Source: Bigelowiella natans CCMP2755 (lineage: Eukaryota > Protista > Cercozoa). From it: DNA of 64,000 nt. The notes below the pieces were generated by a model. It did no database searches. It saw only the letters and a program-made list of their open reading frames with translations, and was not told the origin of the DNA. Within the stretch, counting starts at the first letter, position 1; every line of letters starts with the position of its first letter. Location of the stretch: contig ADNK01000618.1 of the NCBI GenBank assembly GCA_000320545.1, positions 90,201-154,200 on the forward strand. Direction: 5' to 3'. The translations under genes were made by a program, and so were the position numbers. Shown here piece by piece: positions 56,583 to 64,000 of the stretch.

Positions 56583-57724
56583 ATTCCTCAATTGACGGGC
56601 AAAACATTCCCAAATATCGAGTTCGTATTTATAGGTGTTGTTTTTAATTCATGATTGCAGGACTTTGCTCGTGCGCTACCCTTTCCTAATGAATGGAGCT
56701 CAAGCTGCAACCCTGACGTGAGTTTATTTTATTTGATGTTGTCACGCTCACAGTAGTTGTCGCCAACAGTATAATAACGAGTATTGTACCCAACATCACC
56801 GTGTACTAGTCTACTGGGGACTCTCACAAAGCAGCTTGTATATTCAGGTTTTCAAAATGACACCTTATTTGATAATATAGAGTGTGCTTTTACTGTATCT
56901 CAGTTTAACATTATAGCTACAACTATGTCTCATGATAAGATAACATCGACTATTCACCTATCCATAGGGGAACTTGATCCGATTGACATTTTAAAATTTA
57001 CCCTCATTGCAACCTTCCTAATGACGCCAATCTCTGTCGTATGGTAAGTCGTTCAACCTGTTCCCTCTTGTCCTTCATCCGATACTGATTTATTTACAAC
57101 ACTGCGCAAAGGTATGGCCGCCTTCATAAGAAGAAGTTTACCTCAGTAGCAAATCTGTTGCTGGAGTGGACTATCCTGACGCCTTTGGTATCTTAATAAT
57201 TACTACAATTTCTACTGGATCTGCTTGCATTACTCATGTGAATAGCATCTAAAGCCTATCCTCATCGTTCAATATTATTAGCTCACAGGAATTTTCTGGG
57301 TAGCAAAGAGCTTGTTTGAAAGTCAAACCATCCCAGCAACTATGGAGGTCTACTAGTTTTAAAATTGCACCTTGATTTTCGCTTAGTACAACAATTGATT
57401 CTTATGGCAGGATTGGAATGGATGCCGAGATCTACTCGTACAATCGTATGCATTCTGGGTATGCAACTACATTCCAATCAGCGTTAATAACATAATCACA
57501 GCAGAATAGTCACGCAGATGCAAATTTTCTTCAGGTTCCTTGGTCTATTGTTCGGTTGATTGCATGCCCAGTACCAATGTATGTTCTCTTCAACTCCATT
57601 GGAACGTTCGTGTGGACGGTAGGTGTCCAAAAATTAACGAAACTATTGATTAGATTCTTCTAACATTACTGACATAAATTTTCGGCAGATCATCCAGGCC
57701 ATATTATTGGATCTTGAAAAATGA
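56583..57724 (+). CDS. Mpv17/PMP22 family membrane protein
   Basis: YRTLLVRYPFLMNG, DILKFTLIATFLMTPISVVWY, LLLEWTILTPL, LLVQSYAFWVPWSIVRLIACPVPMYVLFNSIGTFVWTIIQA. Start not found. Confidence 0.72.
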
Positions 57725-58681
57725 GCATTTTTCTCTTTTCGTTGGATCCTCAAATTCGGAGTTCTAGAAGACATAGTTCCGTTCCGCAAAAAATATTATC
57801 TTATCCCCGTTTTGAATCGTAAAATGTAAATTAGAGCGAATGATGAAACTTGGCCTGAAATAGTTATCATCCCTCCGACTGCCATGAAACATTAGATTTT
57901 GTGAAAAGTCTTTTTTTTTTTTATGTTAAATTGTTGGACTATGTGTTACATCTAGACTATGCTTGAGCTACGTGCATGCACCGTTGTGAAATCGATTTCA
58001 TTCACGGGGGGTTGATCTATGCTGCTGCAAGCAGAGCAAGATGCCTGTTCTACTGTATTGGCACCTGCACATGCTGTGCATAGCACAAGTAGAATTAAAC
58101 AAATGGACTGTGGGGCGCTTGCATCGGCAATGATGACATGGCTCTACTTACACTAGTACACCATATTCTAGCTCGTACGCATGTCTAGATATGTTGTGCC
58201 ATCTAGCAATACATGCTGAGCTAGCTAGTGAGCAACGCATCCAGCATTATGTTTTCACAACATTGTCACGCAATCACGCAATAATAATATGCTAGAATGA
58301 GATCGGTGAAGGTTTCCTTCATGCATTTGCCATCCATATAGAGATGTAGGCTGTAGGCTAGCTAGCTAGTAGGCTGTGTGCTAAGTTGCACATGCAGTGT
58401 CCGAGAACTTTTGCACAGATTTAGAGATGCCATGCACGCAAGTACGGCGAGGTTTGCATAGTTTGTGATACTTTTGCTCGCTAGGTTTCATAACATTTCA
58501 TGGCGTGACAGCAATAATTAAGCGATTTAGCATCTAATCGATGACGATATAAGAGCTACACAAATGTGACTTGCAATTTGTATACGATGTATTTGTTGTA
58601 AAAATGCAGTCATATTTCTTATATACACATAGGACTGTGTATGGTGTTTTTAAGTCCTCAACTACAACCAGACTTGACGAT

Positions 58682-60763
58682 CTATCCGTTTGCATTAATG
58701 TAAAATTCCAGCATTATCCCCAGAACCGCACCAACGCTGGCAAACGCTATTGTAGTATACATTTCTTTTGAAGCTCGAAATCCTAAGACCGTGATAGGTT
58801 CTAAACGAGAGTCATGCTCAAGCATTTTTACGGCTAATGCCATGAGATCATCCGCAGCACTCAATCTTTCGTCGATGATTTTCTTCTTGAAAGCGGACCG
58901 TGAGCTTTGGCGGATTTCCGCTTTAAGCTCTCGAAGTGAAAATTGAATGTTGGTTACCCTTCGAGCCTGAATAAATCAAAATAATCAGATGAGTCGAAGA
59001 AACCAGAACAACATGAGAAGAGTTGGTCATTTTGACCTGACGCCCATACTGCTCATTTGTCTCAGACCCATACCAGATCGATCTAGCTAATGAGCTTCCC
59101 ACAAATAATAGAAATCCTGCTGTGGTGCCGATTACGATCTCGCTTATATTGTCCAGAAATATACCAATGATCATGTACATTAGTAGCCCAATGAGGAACG
59201 CAGACACAAGACCAGTGTACAGTCTTATTCTGTTGCGGAATTGTGAGCCAAGATTAAGCAGGAGCCAACGGAAATTTAGCCACACTGCCACGTTCTTTGG
59301 CCATGCAAGGTCTACAAATAAGTAACTTCCTATCTTTTCAGCGTCAAATGGCGTCTCGCAATCGATTAGGGCCCCTGCGGCGCGAATCACCTTTGCCCTG
59401 CGTTGGTAGTCCAGCCGACCGACATCCACAAAGAGTAGTGCAACATAGAAGAAGAACACCGTCATGAAGAAACCAATACCTACTTGGGTGAACGACGCCA
59501 CGCTTCTGCTTCTCGTGCCGTCTAGCTCGTTCTTGATCCACTGAAGGCATATCGGAATAAGGCCTTGGACCAAAGCACATGCTCGAAGAACCCACCGTTC
59601 TTGTGTGTATGTCAGCTCACGCTGCATAGAAAAACTTACAGTTTTGGTGGCTATTGGCAGCATGGCTACTTTAACCATGTGGTGATGGTTTTCATCTTGC
59701 TTGTAGTGGTGGCGCTGCTGCAGCTCGTGACCGGTGCTTTTTCCGTTCTTGGATCTGTCTTGCTGGCCCTCCTTCTTTTCCTCGTAGAACTTAATCACGT
59801 TCTGCACCAAAGAAGACTCTGCCTTGACAATGCTCTCGTTGTATATCTCCTCATTGATCAGGAAAAACATGTCCTTGAACTCTATTCCGCGCTTCTCCGC
59901 TGTGTAGCGCAACTGGTGATCGATCCCCGCGATGTCCAAATTGACCCAACTCAGCAGCTCGATCGACTCTAATATTTTTCTTTCGATTACCTCGCTTCTC
60001 AACCACTGCATAGTTTCTTCTTCCAAAGATCCATACTTAGCTCCCACCTATGGTGGATGAGGGTAATGAAGATATGTTAAGTATGATAAAAGTATTGTGA
60101 AAGATAAACATTATCAAAGAAAGAAATCGAGGAGGGGGCTACCATGAGCTTATGACAACCGTACAGCGCCAAGGGAACGATCTACGTGAACGTGTCAAAT
60201 GCAGCATGGTAAGGATACTTCTGCCGAATTCCGTGATGAGATCTTTTAAAGGTTAGAGAAGATGCAATGCTGACGTATTCTAGATTTTATCATACCACGA
60301 AGATGCTATGAGGGGGGTTTTCATTTTCAATATGCAGAGAAATCATCACGTAGCCAGCTATAGCGGGAACACATTGAGATACAAAAACGGCCAACTTCTT
60401 CTTGTCCGACCAGGCTGGAATAAAACACAAGTTGGAGGCCATGGCCCAGCCTTCCAGCATCAGGACGAATGGAATCGACAGCGGAAATACAAAATGATAG
60501 CAGAAAAATCGAAAGAAAACAGGGAAAGAGAACGAGTCGAGACCCTCATTAATCTTAATGTCCCGTATTGTGTTACGTCTTGCCACTGGGGAAGGTGCGC
60601 CTGAAACTCTCCTTGAAGCTACTCTTGAGGGTGCTCGAGACTTTGATTTAAGTAACAGGCCGGGTTGCTCCTCCTCTTGTTCTTGTCCTTCGTTAGCCAT
60701 CTCTTCTATCACTCTTGTTCCGTTGGTGGGGCCCTGCTGTTTGCTGTCGTATTCTGTGCTCAC
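58682..60763 (-). CDS. multi-pass membrane protein of unknown function
   Basis: Three same-strand ORFs (60290-60763, 58923-60047, 58682-58864) joinable by short introns, with several TM helices. Confidence 0.75.
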
Positions 60764-61600
60764 GTCCGAGAGACGTACCTTGCTCGTCTGGATCGTTGAT
60801 ACTGATGGATCCTATATATATGATACGAGGCAGATAACAACTTTCATCGAGGTCTTTACTTGAACTTGAAGCAAACGCTTAGTATTGCAGCTATTCACCC
60901 CCCTCCTTTGATCTTCCCTCAATTCAAATTTTTTGTTACACTTTTCTATTTTCCTTCATTGCCGCCTACCTACCGTCATTTTGCGGTGGTTTCTTGCTCG
61001 ACGGGTACCCCTTTGGCAATGGTGGTGGTGTGCCTCACCAATAAAAATGCGAAGCTTCTTGTTATCATCATCATCATCATCGCTGCCGCTGCCACCACTG
61101 TCGCAGTGACCAGAATAACCGCTTTTTTCTTCTTTTTCCTCTGGATGCTGCTGCTTCTTCTTCTCCTTAGTCATTATCTTTCACGTCTCCAAGTTGCTTG
61201 ATTGGATCAGCAATAATTTCTTGCACTCTCCACCAATATGCTACACTATCTTCTGCCTACCTCACCATGAATGTGTATCTACTCAAAGGCAGCTCTTACA
61301 AGTAATTATGAACTTCGTGTTTCTTACTTTCTACTGAATGGACTGGGCCCCCTCCTCCTACCCCTCACTATCACAGCTGGTGTCTTCTTCGTTCTTCGTT
61401 CTTCGTTCCGTGCTCGTCGATGCTTGCTTTGTCAGAGGATAACGAGTGCTATTTACTTACGGCAAAAATGGAGTGGATTTTTTACCTGCGTCAGGCTTGT
61501 GATGCCGATTTTATCTATTTCATAATCAACACGGCAGTTTTTATTTTCGCGGTCGCAGTATTTCCGAGGCTGAAGGTGCAAAATTAGCTAGAGGGAAGAT

Positions 61601-61720
61601 GGATACGACCATACCACGACCAATACACCCGATCCCTGCCGAACTCGGAAGTTAAGCGTCGTTGGGACTCGTTAGTACTGCGGTGGGGGACCACGCGGGA
61701 ACACGGCGTTGTTGTATCCA
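61601..61720 (+). rRNA. 5S rRNA (solitary copy)
   Basis: GGATACGACCATACC...CCCGATCCC..CGAACTCGGAAGTTAAGC...TTAGTACT..GTGGGGGACC..GGGAA...GTTGTATCC. 120 nt, with the 5' and 3' ends pairing. Confidence 0.95.
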
Positions 61721-61727
61721 TTTTTTT
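61721..61727 (+). terminator. RNA polymerase III oligo(T) terminator
   Basis: T7 run immediately after the 5S 3' end. Confidence 0.85.
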
Positions 61728-62182
61728 GTAATTTGATTTTCGGTGACGGTCAGCATTGTTGAAGGGGATTAGATGTTTTCCCGATAAATTCTTGACTACT
61801 TGTGTTCTCTCAGTGCAAAAGAGGCCCTCCCAAGCGACGACCCCCTTTCGATCGTTCCACCAATCACGAATCACCTGGTCAGATGATTTTTTGGATTTCA
61901 ATCTTAGAAAGAAGAAGTAATCGTCTTTCGTCTCTCAAACCGATGCAGGAGCATCTTGCTAGACCTTTGGGCACACTGAATGCTACCATCCAACTCGTTC
62001 CAAATCGAACCGACGATTTCAACTCGCCTGTTGTTTCAGATTCGTTGCCAACGTTAGGAGGCAAATTTAGGGGTCATTCGACAGTCGTGTACAACAGTGG
62101 TGCGTTGTTCAGCGATTAGGGAGTTTGCACGATAAGGGCAGTCCAGGACGTGAAGACCCACACTTACCGCACGTGCTCAGAG

Positions 62183-63323
62183 ATGCCAAAGAAAAGAAGG
62201 AAAACCACCACTAAAGGGAACAAAGGTAGAGGTTGTAAAAGTGGGGCCAGCTCAAAAGAAGAGTCATCTTCTTCAAGTCCAGATTGCAACAATAGCCGTA
62301 AAAAGAAGGGCAAAGAGGGTGACAAGAAGTCGTCTATTCAGTCACTGGAAACCTCGCTCATCCACATTCTTTCTGGAAAGCAGAGTCATAAAAACGTTCT
62401 GAGTAAGAGTCCCTCATTCGATGGCGGTTATTCTCGCCGCTTTTTATTTCGTTCTCTCTACAAATCGGACATCTTCGAGATACCTACGCTGCTGAGTTCG
62501 GTGTGTAGAAATGTGTCTGAGTTCTTTCTCTTCCTGGATGTTCTTCAGGGTCTCCTCTGCTCATCTATATTTCTTGTCGGTGTACGTACTTTATATGACT
62601 GCCATCGTTTTCTATGATATAGGAGGAGTGTGCGGAAATAATAAAGGCAGCCGAATCTCACGGATTTGAACACACTGAACTCAAGGCAACAAGATGGAAT
62701 GCGTACCGATGCAATGGACGGACGCAGGTCGTATCAAAACCCCTAGCCGATCTACTCTGGAAGCAGCGTTTGCATGATTTGTTCCCAGATGTGAACGGAA
62801 GAACGGCGGTTGGATTGAACCCCAATTTCCGTTTGTACAAGTACTCCCCGCAGCAAGCCTTTGGCGAGCATATAGATGAAAGTAACGAGGTCCCTGCCCA
62901 TGGACCTGGAGTACGAACATTGTTTACGCTCTTGATGTATCTCAACGGTGGCAATGGTGGTGGTAGTAGTGGTGGTAAGAAGGGAGGAGGACGCAAACAA
63001 GCAGCAACAGGGTTGAATTGTCTCTCCGGAGGAGAAACGGTGTTCTACAAAGGTACCAAACCTGGGGCGGGAAGAGTCGCTCTCAGTTACCCCCCCACTG
63101 TAGGAAACGCACTTGCACACATACATGGAGAGCGCTGCATGTTACACGAAGGCGCAGAAGTCAAGAAAGGTGAGCAACTATGGAAATCTCCAATATCAAA
63201 TAAACTATATACCATCGAAAATTCATACATATTATGTTTTTACACCATGTAATGGTAGGTGTTAAGTATCTGCTACGCACCGACGTGTGTTATCGTCAGC
63301 TACGGTCTGTCAGCGAAAATTGA
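62183..63323 (+). CDS. 2OG-Fe(II) oxygenase (prolyl-4-hydroxylase-like), 3 exons
   Basis: LLSSEECAEII, GLNPNFRLYKY..FGEHID, TLLMYLN, GGETVF, MLHEG, KYLLRTDV; basic NLS-like N-terminus. Confidence 0.9.
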
Positions 63324-63380
63324 TGAGCACCTTATCAGGCCATTATACTGTGGATATAAGTTTGTACGTATTGTGAGACG

Positions 63381-64000
63381 GACATGTCTGCGATGATCCT
63401 GATGATCAGGATAGGTTATTGCAACGTATTAGCAACTATCTATATATCATGAGCTTGCTGACCATCAGGAATCGAATCGCCCTGTTAGATGTCATATCCC
63501 TGAACAATAGGCTCATTCTATTTACTCTAGTACTATGCATGTTATACGTAGCAGCCTGTCAGCTGTGTCTATAGCAATAAACTATGCAGTATACATGCTG
63601 TGCATAGAACACGCTGTTATACTGTGGCTTTGGTCCGACCGCCTAGCTAACCTAATGCAATGGCGCGTGAGCCTGAATATGCACACGATGTACGTGTGCA
63701 TGTGGGTCGCACATGCTAGCTAGCATGTACCATGTGAGGCGGTCGGACCAAAGCCACAGTATAACAGCGTGTTCTATGCACAGCATGTATACTGCATAGT
63801 TTATTGCTATAGACACAGCTGACAGGCTGCTACGTATAACATGCATAGTACTAGAGTAAATAGAATGAGCCTATTGTTCAGGGATATGACATCTAACAGG
63901 GCGATTCGATTCCTGATGGTCAGCAAGCTCATGATATATAGATAGTTGCTAATACGTTGCAATAACGTATCCTGATCATCAGGATCATCGCAGACATGTC
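63381..64000. repeat. near-perfect inverted repeat: arms 63381-63644 and 63737-64000, 92-bp loop
   Basis: The arms are reverse complements with one mismatch seen (63414). The right arm runs to the window edge. Confidence 0.97.

Noticed and set aside
61584-62119. ORFs around the 5S gene, and an Sm-site-like ATTTTTTGG (~61885) suggesting a 5S-linked SL RNA or snRNA
   Set aside because: The first ORF is antisense to the 5S gene. I could not identify a U-snRNA or spliced-leader structure.
63535-63846. Two ORFs with identical N-termini on opposite strands
   Set aside because: A by-product of the inverted repeat, with no protein-like features.

Overview
Eukaryotic nuclear DNA: gene-dense, very rich in GT-AG introns and microsatellites. 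It comes from a flagellated protist (axonemal p28, centrin). The style suggests a chlorarachniophyte such as Bigelowiella, but that is inference only. Splicing exons by hand gives about 18 protein genes: LtrA-family membrane protein, dynein light chain p28, C2-5-phosphatase-C2, HTTM membrane protein, LSM8, divergent centrin, EEF2KMT/FAM86-like and METTL21-like methyltransferases, GH3 beta-xylosidase, U1-zinc-finger+Tudor protein, TIPE-like+RGS protein, mitochondrial-type thioredoxin, DDX3/Ded1, Mpv17/PMP22, a 2OG-Fe(II) oxygenase and three unknown membrane proteins. There is also one solitary 5S rRNA gene. Most entries in the ORF track are intron or microsatellite noise. Main observations: (1) the window is built of modules, each usually one head-to-head gene pair, bounded by 0.5-1 kb spacers rich in purine-pyrimidine micro-palindromes; these spacers carry a dispersed ~85-bp element, a second 13-mer motif and a near-perfect inverted repeat of at least 264 bp; (2) a predicted intermembrane-space thioredoxin fused to a Mia40-like helical hairpin. 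All exon boundaries are manual predictions.
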